A program made the position numbers and the translations under genes. DNA of 64,000 nt from Desulfurococcaceae archaeon (GTDB taxonomy: Archaea > Thermoproteota > Thermoprotei_A > Sulfolobales > Desulfurococcaceae). A model generated the notes under the pieces. It was given only the letters and a program-made list of their open reading frames with translations, had not been told where the DNA came from and ran no database searches. How positions within the stretch are numbered: the first letter of the stretch is position 1; the number at the start of each line of letters is the position of its first letter. The stretch is from contig JAWBBW010000002.1 in assembly GCA_038824035.1 (NCBI GenBank), positions 64,001-128,000 on the forward strand. Direction: 5' to 3'. Positions 39,638 through 48,052 of the stretch are shown here, one piece after another.

Positions 39638-40027
39638 TTACGATATGTACATTTTCCTTCTCAATGTGGTTGAGAAGCCACTTTTCATTATCTCATCAAT
39701 TATTTTCATGAGGTCCTCTATCTTCATTTCAATAACTCTAAATTTTTTCATTCTAATAGCCATCTCTACGCCCATTAAATGCTTACAAAAATGCGTTTGC
39801 TTTAAAGCGATAACTCTTATTATAAAATCCTTGCAACTACAAAATGTACGAGGTATGATTAAATAATCACTTCGAGGACCCATATACACCCAGTACTCCT
39901 TATTACCATGGCCAATGATTATCTTAACAAATCTAAACCCGTAAACACTATTCACCATTTTAATATAAGGCTTACTCAATTGTAAATCTAGCTCTTTTCT
40001 TGTTTCCAACAAATCCATTAAAACCAC
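39638..40027 (-). CDS. SWIM zinc-finger protein
   Basis: CSCKDF...CKH motif. Confidence 0.85.
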   Translation of the reverse strand: MVLMDLLETRKELDLQLSKPYIKMVNSVYGFRFVKIIIGHGNKEYWVYMGPRSDYLIIPRTFCSCKDFIIRVIALKQTHFCKHLMGVEMAIRMKKFRVIEMKIEDLMKIIDEIMKSGFSTTLRRKMYIS

Positions 40028-40040
40028 ACTTAAGAAGATA

Positions 40041-40129
40041 TGGGCCCGCGGGGATTTGAACCCCGGACCACGGGGAGTTCCGCACTGGGACCCGAACCCC
40101 GCATCCTAGCCAGGCTAGACCACGGGCCC
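40041..40129 (-). tRNA. tRNA-Pro(CGG) with 14-nt intron at 37/38 (intron 40077-40090)
   Basis: GGGCCCG acceptor stem; anticodon arm CGGGG-TTCGGG[TCCCAGTGCGGAAC]T-CCCCG; BHB central helix TTCG/CGGA. Confidence 0.93.
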
Positions 40130-40140
40130 TTAGCTTAAAT

Positions 40141-40632
40141 CTATGTTTTACGAGGACTTTTATCCTTAACTTCGACGTGTTCGCTATCCTGTTCTTGATC
40201 AAGTGTTTTCAAAATACCAATTAACATTTTACTCGCAGAGATGAGATCTACCTTGAGTTTGTCTATTTCGTCTTTATTATAACATTTCCTGGTTGCACTT
40301 TCAGGCAATATCTTTACACCCGCGTAGTTGACTACCTTAACCCATATTAACTTGTAAATAATTTTATGCGCACTCGGTCTCGCATATATATTTACCCCGT
40401 TACGTTGTATTATAGAAGGTGTCTTTATTGAATTAACAGTTCTTGATGTTTCAACCCAGAGCTCTACACATATTTCTCTCCATATCGGAGTAGACGAGGC
40501 GATGATATTTAACAGTTTTTGGACCCGTGAGTCATCATTTATTTTCGCCTTCAATAATAGTCTCACAACATTTGGTGTAATTAAAATCGGTGAAAACTCG
40601 TTGTTCTTGAGTATCTTACCTATCCTAGTCAT
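40141..40632 (-). CDS. Hypothetical protein (orphan)
   Basis: 163-aa ORF, no recognised motif. Confidence 0.45.
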   Translation of the reverse strand: MTRIGKILKNNEFSPILITPNVVRLLLKAKINDDSRVQKLLNIIASSTPIWREICVELWVETSRTVNSIKTPSIIQRNGVNIYARPSAHKIIYKLIWVKVVNYAGVKILPESATRKCYNKDEIDKLKVDLISASKMLIGILKTLDQEQDSEHVEVKDKSPRKT

Positions 40633-40967
40633 CGCCCCTGTATTGCATAATATATCAATCCGAATATTGAGCGCTACGATGATTTCACCCCAAATAGCAT
40701 TTGATATGGCCTTATCCCACTCGTTCTCACTACCTATTTATCAATAATTATCCTTGGTAATTACTATTTTCCATGAAAGCATACAAATAGTGAAGTTAAA
40801 ACACGGTGACATGTTATTTCACTTGATACATCCATTTACGTTTATTTGTCATAGCTATTAAGTACTCTGAATAATACAAGGTGTTCTTGTCAATAACTTT
40901 TACAATTTTGTGATAAATAGATATAAGGGTATTAGGTATACAATATATGGGATCATTTCCTCTGTAG

Positions 40968-41029
40968 GCTCAGTTGGGGATAATTTCTTCATTGTGATCT
41001 ACCACTCTGTCTCCCATCGTTCTTCATTG
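40968..41029 (-). ncRNA. C/D-box sRNA candidate
   Basis: Minus strand: C ATGAAGA, guide ACGATGGGAGA, D' CAGA, GTGGT/ATCAC spacer hairpin, C' ATGAAGA, guide AATTATCCCCAA, D CTGA. Confidence 0.78.
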
Positions 41030-41053
41030 CTATAATAGCAGTTGACCTAAAAT

Positions 41054-41107
41054 GATCAGAAACACGGACCCTCTTCACTAGATCTGATAAGTGGCGATTC
41101 ATCATCT
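41054..41107 (-). ncRNA. C/D-box sRNA (23S rRNA guide)
   Basis: Minus strand: C ATGATGA, guide ATCGCCACTTAT, D' CAGA, C' GTGAAGA, guide GGGTCCGTGTTT, D CTGA; D guide antisense to conserved LSU AAACACGGACC. Confidence 0.92.
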
Positions 41108-41211
41108 ACTGATAACTAAACATAAAGGTCCTTAAATACATTGTGGCTGATAATCCTTTTTTAATCCTAAGTTCACATATACTTCCCTCAGCCTTAAAAT
41201 GGTGGTGTTCT

Positions 41212-41931
41212 TTGACACAGGTTTGGAGCAAGAAGAAAATGATAGTAATACAGACGCTTTCCATAATATTTTTCGCACTTATTTCAGCAGTTATACCCCA
41301 ATATGCATTCCTCATTTTCATACTATATTTTATTATATTCATGGGATTAATGATGAGAACTGCTAGTAAAAGTTTTAAAAAAGTATCACAAGAGAAACTT
41401 GGTTCTCCTCTTTTTAAAGAGGATAATGCCCTGAAAGCCACAACATATGATCCAATGCTTGCATCCGAGTTAAAGAGACAAATGAGCTTCGCTTTCATGA
41501 GCTTTATCCCGTTGTTATTGATATTTGTTTTATTGCCAGTATATGGGGAATACATTGCTCCCTATCTGAAAGATCTTATCTCAAGTCTTACATCCAATGA
41601 AGTTATCCAAAACTTCGTAAGCATTCTCGGCATGTATTTGTTCTTCATGGCTATAACACAAATCTTTAGATTCCTATTATTTAGAAAACCTGGTCAACAG
41701 CAATTCATGATGCCCCGATCTTTTATCGTATATAAAAAAGGCGTTGTCATCGATAGTCAGCGCTTATTAGAATTCACAAGCAACTTATGTTTCAAAGATA
41801 ACCCCGATAGAAAGTACGTTGAACTGAAAGATATGAATAGTGGGATCAATGTAAGACTTTATACTCTTGAAGTGAGCAAACTCGTTAGTAGATTGAAAGA
41901 GGTGGGCTTAAATGAGTGCAAAACTGGGTGA
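41212..41931 (+). CDS. DUF2208-like membrane protein
   Basis: Four hydrophobic segments plus C-terminal soluble domain; TTG start at 41212 after GGTGG. Confidence 0.65.
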   Translation: MTQVWSKKKMIVIQTLSIIFFALISAVIPQYAFLIFILYFIIFMGLMMRTASKSFKKVSQEKLGSPLFKEDNALKATTYDPMLASELKRQMSFAFMSFIPLLLIFVLLPVYGEYIAPYLKDLISSLTSNEVIQNFVSILGMYLFFMAITQIFRFLLFRKPGQQQFMMPRSFIVYKKGVVIDSQRLLEFTSNLCFKDNPDRKYVELKDMNSGINVRLYTLEVSKLVSRLKEVGLNECKTG

Positions 41932-42163
41932 AACACATAGGTGCATTGTATGTGGCAGGAATTTCCCAGAGGGACAGGGTATTGTACTGAAGATCGCCGA
42001 GATCTCGCTTGAATTTCATAGTTCTAGGTGTTTTTCAAAATTCGCAAAGAACCTGTTTGAGAGAGTGCCACCAGATGATATAAAGGATTATTTGAAAAGA
42101 CTAATAGAAGAGTATAATGAATTGTTGGAGCAAAGGAAGAAGGCTAAGGCGAAGAAAATATAA
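41912..42163 (+). CDS. TRASH-like metal-binding protein
   Basis: CIVCGRNFPEGQG...FHSSRC. Confidence 0.7.
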   Translation: MSAKLGETHRCIVCGRNFPEGQGIVLKIAEISLEFHSSRCFSKFAKNLFERVPPDDIKDYLKRLIEEYNELLEQRKKAKAKKI

Positions 42164-42217
42164 TTTTTAATTACACTTTTTGATTATTATTTATTATTGG
42201 ATTGATTAAATATTGAT

Positions 42218-42276
42218 TGATGATGATACTTGTCCCCCCTCGACCACGTGGATGAGCTAGTTACCGCGGTCTGATC
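42218..42276 (+). ncRNA. C/D-box sRNA (16S rRNA double guide)
   Basis: C ATGATGA 42220-26, D' TCGA, C' TGGATGA, D CTGA 42271-74; guide TTACCGCGG antisense to universal CCGCGGUAA. Confidence 0.92.
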
Positions 42277-42354
42277 ATCTTAGCTTGACTTGTCTAAAGA
42301 AATATAGAATACAAAAGAAATATTCGGCAGAAAATAAAACAAGGAGGAAGGAAA

Positions 42355-42576
42355 CTAGCATCGAGCGCGTTTTTCTATTAGTTTCCTGAGATGTTCTAAA
42401 GATTCGTCGTCGAGTCCTATATTGCTAAGTATTGTTAGAGCCTTATCCATAGCTTCTTCCTCACTAGAGGCGCCGATATTTAATACGATATTTGTACCCT
42501 TAACACATATCTTGAATCTTAATTCATTGAAAAAGGCATATTTATCTATTACAACGAGATCTTTCTTTGAGACCAT
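42355..42576 (-). CDS. Hypothetical protein
   Basis: 73-aa ORF directly downstream of the HIT gene. Confidence 0.65.
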   Translation of the reverse strand: MVSKKDLVVIDKYAFFNELRFKICVKGTNIVLNIGASSEEEAMDKALTILSNIGLDDESLEHLRKLIEKRARC

Positions 42577-42582
42577 GGTTTC

Positions 42583-43080
42583 TCACATCCTTGACCATGC
42601 TTTAACAATCGCGTTATATGAGTCCTTAAGACTTTCAGGCAAAGGCTTGACACCAGCTATTATGGCCATGAAGTTGGTATCGCCAATCCATCGTGGTACA
42701 ATATGCAGGTGTATATGTCCAGGGACGCCGGCCCCCGCAGCTCTTCCTATATTTAATCCAATATTAAATCCGCTCGGTTTATAGACCTCTTTCAACACTT
42801 TAATTGATTTCTTTGTCAAAAACATGATCTCGTGGATCTCTTCTTCGGAAAGGTTTTCAAAATCCGATGTATGTCTATATGGAGCTATCATCATGTGCCC
42901 TGAATTATATGGATAAGCATTTAAAACTACAAATGAATATTTACCTCTATGTACGATCAGAGCTTCTTCATCTTTTAAATCCTTTAATCTACAGAAAATA
43001 CACTCCTCCTCTGTTTTCCTCTCATTAAAACTCTTTATATACTCAATTCTCCAAGGATTCCACAGTATTTTTATCTCCAC
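42583..43080 (-). CDS. HIT family hydrolase
   Basis: CIFC, NAYPYNSGH, HIHLHIVPRW. Confidence 0.93.
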   Translation of the reverse strand: MEIKILWNPWRIEYIKSFNERKTEEECIFCRLKDLKDEEALIVHRGKYSFVVLNAYPYNSGHMMIAPYRHTSDFENLSEEEIHEIMFLTKKSIKVLKEVYKPSGFNIGLNIGRAAGAGVPGHIHLHIVPRWIGDTNFMAIIAGVKPLPESLKDSYNAIVKAWSRM

Positions 43081-43180
43081 GAATAACCACCAATCAGCTT
43101 TTACAGTTTTAATGTCTCTAACAGAATAAATAAATAGCTCTGGATAACATTATAATTTAGCATTAAAGCCTAGATCTTTT

Positions 43181-44014
43181 ATGGCGATCTATATGATCGT
43201 GATATCCGCGAGACATATGTATGTAATTAATTTAATACGTGTCTTATATTCTCTGTTCTTCCTAATAATATTTTCCATTCAAGATTATAAATGGCGTGAA
43301 ATAAATGATAAATTAGTATACGTATTCACAGCAGGATCAGTTGTTTTCTTCATAGTAACTTTGAACTACTTGATTGAATTACTTGATCCACAAGTAATGC
43401 TACTATATATATGTTTCACCATCATGATCTCCCCACTATTGACAGGCATTATGTACATATCCGGGTTAATGGGAAAGGGAGATGTATATGTTACAACATC
43501 AATTGGCTTGTTGTACACATTTCCATTTACAATTGTGAAACCCTTTAATCATGGTTTTGACATAATGCCTCCATTGCTCACCATAATGATATATTCCACT
43601 ACATTAATCGTGATTTTCTCCATAGTGAATTGCTTATATAACTGTATAAGGAATGTTGAACATCTAAAGAAAATACCCTTAAAATATAGGATAATTTATA
43701 TGTTCATAGCAAAGCCTATACGTATAAGGGATTACATTAGGAGAAAATACTATTTTCCCCTCGAGATCATTGATATCAGAAATGGTATTCTCAACGTTTC
43801 CTGGAGAATAAACGTAAACGTGGAAAAAGAAGACCTAGACGTCGTTGTCAATAAGTATAAGGAACTATGTGACCGGCAAATCATTGATCCAGATACATAT
43901 ATATGGGCATCCTATGGAATACCGTTTATTATCCCATTAACTGTAGGCCTAATTATTTACATATTAATAGGTGATGCCATCATTTTTAACATTATTAACT
44001 TGAATCGCCTGTAA
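43181..44014 (+). CDS. Class III signal (prepilin) peptidase, PibD/FlaK-like
   Basis: Two catalytic Asp motifs SIQDYKWREI and MGKGD; C-terminal WASYGIPFIIP. Confidence 0.85.
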   Translation: MAIYMIVISARHMYVINLIRVLYSLFFLIIFSIQDYKWREINDKLVYVFTAGSVVFFIVTLNYLIELLDPQVMLLYICFTIMISPLLTGIMYISGLMGKGDVYVTTSIGLLYTFPFTIVKPFNHGFDIMPPLLTIMIYSTTLIVIFSIVNCLYNCIRNVEHLKKIPLKYRIIYMFIAKPIRIRDYIRRKYYFPLEIIDIRNGILNVSWRINVNVEKEDLDVVVNKYKELCDRQIIDPDTYIWASYGIPFIIPLTVGLIIYILIGDAIIFNIINLNRL

Positions 44015-44039
44015 TCATTTCCATTAAAACCGTGATCTT

Positions 44040-45026
44040 CTATTCTTCGGAATCCCTTATCCCTTCTTCTGTGATTACGAAGACAGCTTCACCTTCAGGT
44101 AAATGTGGCGCATCCACTACTCTTGCTATTCTTTTATTGCCTTTAGCCTTTTTCAGCTGTATTCTCACGCCTGGTACATGTGCAAGAACATGTCCCCCTA
44201 CAGCCATAGTGGGATCGCCGTAGAAGACGTCGGGCCGTGCCATAACTTGGTTTGTCACCACCACTGCTATGTTATAAGCCTCTGCTAATCGCATTAATTG
44301 ATGGAGATGTGCGTTTAGTTTTTGTTGTCTTTCAGCTAAATGCTCTCTACCTGGATATTCGGCTCTGAAATGACTGGTTACACTATCTATTACCACGAGC
44401 CTCACGTCATTTCTAGGCACAAATGTAAATAACTCATCTACTATTGATATTTGGTGATCGCTATTATACGCCCTCATGTAGTATATGTTGTCCATGATTT
44501 TATCAGGATCTAGTCCAAGGGCGCGTGCCATCGCCTCTATTCTCTCCCATCTAAATGTTCCCTCCGTATCTATGTACACAGCCCTGCCCATTAAACCGCC
44601 TTTTTCCAGTGGCAATTGAACGTTGACACTTAATTGATGACAGATCTGTGTTTTGCCACTACCATATTCGCCGTAAAACTCTGTAATAGTCTTGGTTTCT
44701 ATACCTCCTCCTAATAGCTCGTCAAGACTTCTACTCCCAGTAGTGATCTTCCTTATATTCATACGCTCGATTTTCACTTCTTTCGCGGTCTTGAAACGTA
44801 TACCCAATAATCTCCTAGCATTTTCTATTATTTTTTGAATGGTTAAGGTTGGCAAACCAACTTTTTCTGCTAATTCTTCGGGCCTGGCTACCACAATGCT
44901 CCATGCAGATATATATCCAGCTGCTTCCAGTTTATCGGCTATAGCTGGGTTTATACCTGGAATGTCTCTTATCGAAATAAATCCTTGTTCGCTTTTCTCT
45001 GCCTTATCCTTATCCTTGCTCATCAA
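44040..45026 (-). CDS. radA: DNA repair and recombination protein RadA
   Basis: N-terminal HhH, FKTA motif, [16 protein letters not shown]; no intein. Confidence 0.98.
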   Translation of the reverse strand: MMSKDKDKAEKSEQGFISIRDIPGINPAIADKLEAAGYISAWSIVVARPEELAEKVGLPTLTIQKIIENARRLLGIRFKTAKEVKIERMNIRKITTGSRSLDELLGGGIETKTITEFYGEYGSGKTQICHQLSVNVQLPLEKGGLMGRAVYIDTEGTFRWERIEAMARALGLDPDKIMDNIYYMRAYNSDHQISIVDELFTFVPRNDVRLVVIDSVTSHFRAEYPGREHLAERQQKLNAHLHQLMRLAEAYNIAVVVTNQVMARPDVFYGDPTMAVGGHVLAHVPGVRIQLKKAKGNKRIARVVDAPHLPEGEAVFVITEEGIRDSEE

Positions 45027-45133
45027 TCTCCTCCCTGGTTTTGTAGTAGGATTTTATTTAAAGCGTCTAATATATTTATGTACCGGTAATGGTTTATAAT
45101 ATCACTTATACTCAATCATTAGAGGCGTAGAAA

Positions 45134-46981
45134 ATGAGAATTTTACTAATACATGCCAAGAGGTTTCAATATAAGGCACTTGAACCCGCTACAAAGGAAT
45201 TTGAAGAACTAACAAAACTACCTGGCGAAGGAACTTTTGAAAACGTACTTGTAGTATTCACAACTATAGAAGATGGGGATGACGAAGAGGTAGTAAACGA
45301 GTGTGCGAGAGAAATATTAAAAGTATCATCACAGGTGAAGCCTACTTCAATACTGATCTACCCGTATGCGCATCTCTCAAATAAGCTAGCTCCTTCGTCG
45401 TATGCTATACAGGTACTTGAAAAACTCAGCAATTTATTGAAAAACATCGCTAACATACCCGTTAATAGAGCTCCCTTCGGGTGGTATAAGTCATTTACAC
45501 TGGAGTGTTATGGACATCCATTAAGTGAATTATCAAGAAGCATTGAAAGGGCCGGTGTTGTGTCTAGTAGTAGAAGGATCGTTGAGAAAAAATACTATAT
45601 AATGACGCCTGAAGGAGAATTGCTAGATCCATTGAACTTTGATTATACTGATTACCCTGATCTTAAGATCTTGGTCGACAAAGAGGTCTTTGGTAAAGAA
45701 TTCGAGGGAGGAGAGAACAAGGTCAATGAATATTGCAACAAATTTAATTTCGAATGGGAGCCCATGAGCGATCATGGACATATGCGATATGGGCCTTATG
45801 CAACAATAATGATGGATGCTTTATTCAAATATTCATGGCAAGTTGTTCAAAGCCTGGGCATACCTATATTCAGAGTTATGGGTAGTAATATGTTCAACTT
45901 AAAGGAAAGACCAGTATACGAGCACGCCATGTTGTTCGGTGATAGATTATATGAGCTACAACTAGATAACGAGAAGTATATTTTAAGATATGCTGCATGT
46001 CATCAGCAATTCGCCATGATCAGGAATTGGATCATAAGTTATAAACAACTCCCCTTTGGGGTATTCGAGATCGCTGATAGTTATAGGTTAGAGCAACGAG
46101 GAGAATTGAGTTTGTGTTTCAGGCTAAGGAAATTCTATATGCCGGACTTACACATAATTACTAAAGATCTAAACGAAGCTATACACATGTCCACGATTGT
46201 CCAGGCGAAAATACATGAAGAAGCGAGTAAAATTGGAAGAAAATATGTGGCTTTGTACAATGTATCAGAAGACTTCTTAAACAATTACAGAGATGCCTTA
46301 ATCAAATTCGTTAGAAATGAAAAATACCCAGTCCTGGTATCAGTGATCCCATCTGGGATATATTATTGGGTCTTAAATGTGGAATACCATATCATTGATA
46401 ACTTGAAAAGGCCACGCGAGATCGCTACTTTTCAAATAGATATAGGTAATAGTAAGAGGTTTGAAATAACATATGTAGATGAGAAAAACGAGAAACGATA
46501 CCCGGTTATAATACATACGGCTATCTTAGGTGGCATTGAAAGGTATATCTACATGTTACTCGATACTGCGGCTTTACTTGAAAAAGAAGGAAAAACACCT
46601 TTCCTACCTACATGGATAGCTCCAATACAGGTCAGGGTAATACCTGTATCAAGAGATCATGTTAATTACGCGATGGAAATTGCCAGAAAGATTGCATCAT
46701 TTGGTTATAGGGTTGATGTAGATGATCGAGATGAAACACTGGGCAAAAAGATAAGAGATGCTGGTAAGGAGTGGATACCATACATAGTAGTTATCGGCGA
46801 AAGGGAGTTCGCCACTAATACTATAAATGTAAGGATACGTAAAACGAACGAGCAAAAAGCTATGAGCGTGGAAGAGCTGTTGAAAATATTAGAGAGCGAA
46901 ACACATGAGTATCCTAAGACAGAAACATATCTTCCTATGTTGCTAAGTCAGCGCCCAATATTCTCGTATAAGAGTCGTTGA
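45134..46981 (+). CDS. thrS: Threonyl-tRNA synthetase with fused archaeal editing domain
   Basis: MRILLIH, YPYAHLS, RAPFGWYK, CYGHPLSELSR; class II core; anticodon-binding domain. Confidence 0.96.
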   Translation: MRILLIHAKRFQYKALEPATKEFEELTKLPGEGTFENVLVVFTTIEDGDDEEVVNECAREILKVSSQVKPTSILIYPYAHLSNKLAPSSYAIQVLEKLSNLLKNIANIPVNRAPFGWYKSFTLECYGHPLSELSRSIERAGVVSSSRRIVEKKYYIMTPEGELLDPLNFDYTDYPDLKILVDKEVFGKEFEGGENKVNEYCNKFNFEWEPMSDHGHMRYGPYATIMMDALFKYSWQVVQSLGIPIFRVMGSNMFNLKERPVYEHAMLFGDRLYELQLDNEKYILRYAACHQQFAMIRNWIISYKQLPFGVFEIADSYRLEQRGELSLCFRLRKFYMPDLHIITKDLNEAIHMSTIVQAKIHEEASKIGRKYVALYNVSEDFLNNYRDALIKFVRNEKYPVLVSVIPSGIYYWVLNVEYHIIDNLKRPREIATFQIDIGNSKRFEITYVDEKNEKRYPVIIHTAILGGIERYIYMLLDTAALLEKEGKTPFLPTWIAPIQVRVIPVSRDHVNYAMEIARKIASFGYRVDVDDRDETLGKKIRDAGKEWIPYIVVIGEREFATNTINVRIRKTNEQKAMSVEELLKILESETHEYPKTETYLPMLLSQRPIFSYKSR

Positions 46982-47014
46982 AACTAATGTATTATCTCCT
47001 CATGTATCTACGGT

Positions 47015-47641
47015 GTGTTGAAATTGACACGCAAGATAAAATATATTGGACGACACCTGATGCTTAAAGGTGCGTATGCTGAAAAGGTACTGAAAGGTAT
47101 CAAGAAAGCTACTATAAGGAGAGGTATTGTTAAGCCCAAATACGAAGAAGTAATAGTTCATGCGGGCGGAAAACCAATAGCGAAGATAAAGATAACACGT
47201 ATGTATTTCAAGAAAGTGAAGGACCTAGGAGATTATGAGGCTAAGCTAGAAGGCTATAGCACTAAGGATGAATTAATTAATGAATTGAAAAAAGTATATA
47301 AGGACATACACGACGATGAGTACATGACAATTATCGAATTCGAAGTAATTCAGCGCTTAGATCATCTCGAACCAGTAGATCAATACTATGGATTATCACC
47401 TGGAGATATAGCTAGGATCGCGTTGAGATATATATCGGATGAATTGAGTGATCTGGATAGGAAAATCTTACTCGATCTAACTAAGACAAACAGTATTAGA
47501 CAAACATGTATCAACGTATTTAAAGATTTAAATAAAAGAAAATATGTTAGAAAGGTCTTACGCAATGCTTTACGAATCCTTATAGATAAAAACATAATTA
47601 AATGTGAAAGGGCTGGAAAAAATGGGTTATTGGAAACTTAG
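47015..47641 (+). CDS. ASCH-domain protein with C-terminal HTH-like region
   Basis: GIKKATIRRG and EAKLEGY ASCH motifs; helical C-terminus. Confidence 0.8.
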   Translation: MLKLTRKIKYIGRHLMLKGAYAEKVLKGIKKATIRRGIVKPKYEEVIVHAGGKPIAKIKITRMYFKKVKDLGDYEAKLEGYSTKDELINELKKVYKDIHDDEYMTIIEFEVIQRLDHLEPVDQYYGLSPGDIARIALRYISDELSDLDRKILLDLTKTNSIRQTCINVFKDLNKRKYVRKVLRNALRILIDKNIIKCERAGKNGLLET

Positions 47642-47795
47642 GTGCAAGAACTGTAATAACGAGTGGAAATTACTAGTAAGTTTTCCCTTGAAACGCGAGT
47701 TTAAGCGTTTATACCATTACTGTGTCTACTGTGGTAAAAACACTTTTCACGAGATCATAGAATTTGTGGAGAATGGAACTCAAGGCGAATTGTAG
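47604..47795 (+). CDS. Small zinc-ribbon protein
   Basis: CKNC and HYCVYCGKNTFH. Confidence 0.75.
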   Translation: MKGLEKMGYWKLRCKNCNNEWKLLVSFPLKREFKRLYHYCVYCGKNTFHEIIEFVENGTQGEL

Positions 47796-47927
47796 TATAC
47801 TCTCCATAACCAATGTAAATGGACCATGCATATCTTGTTAAGTGAGGTCAAAGACCCAAAATTTTTAATACAATATCTTAATACTAAATAATAACCCCAA
47901 CGTGGTAAGGAAATATCGTTAGATTAT

Positions 47928-47983
47928 TGATGATGAAATCACGGAATTGAGTAACCGGATGAGAAGACCTGTCTCAGCTGATC
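47928..47983 (+). ncRNA. C/D-box sRNA (23S rRNA guide)
   Basis: C ATGATGA 47930-36, D' TTGA, C' CGGATGA, guide GAAGACCTGTCTCAG, D CTGA 47978-81. Confidence 0.88.
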
Positions 47984-48052
47984 ATCGACTTGAAACCCTG
48001 AATATTGTTTTTCACTTTCTTTGAACAATTTTGAACAATACAGTTAATGTGA

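Noticed and set aside
39972-40202. 76-aa minus-strand ORF
   Set aside because: Reads through tRNA-Pro; not a protein gene
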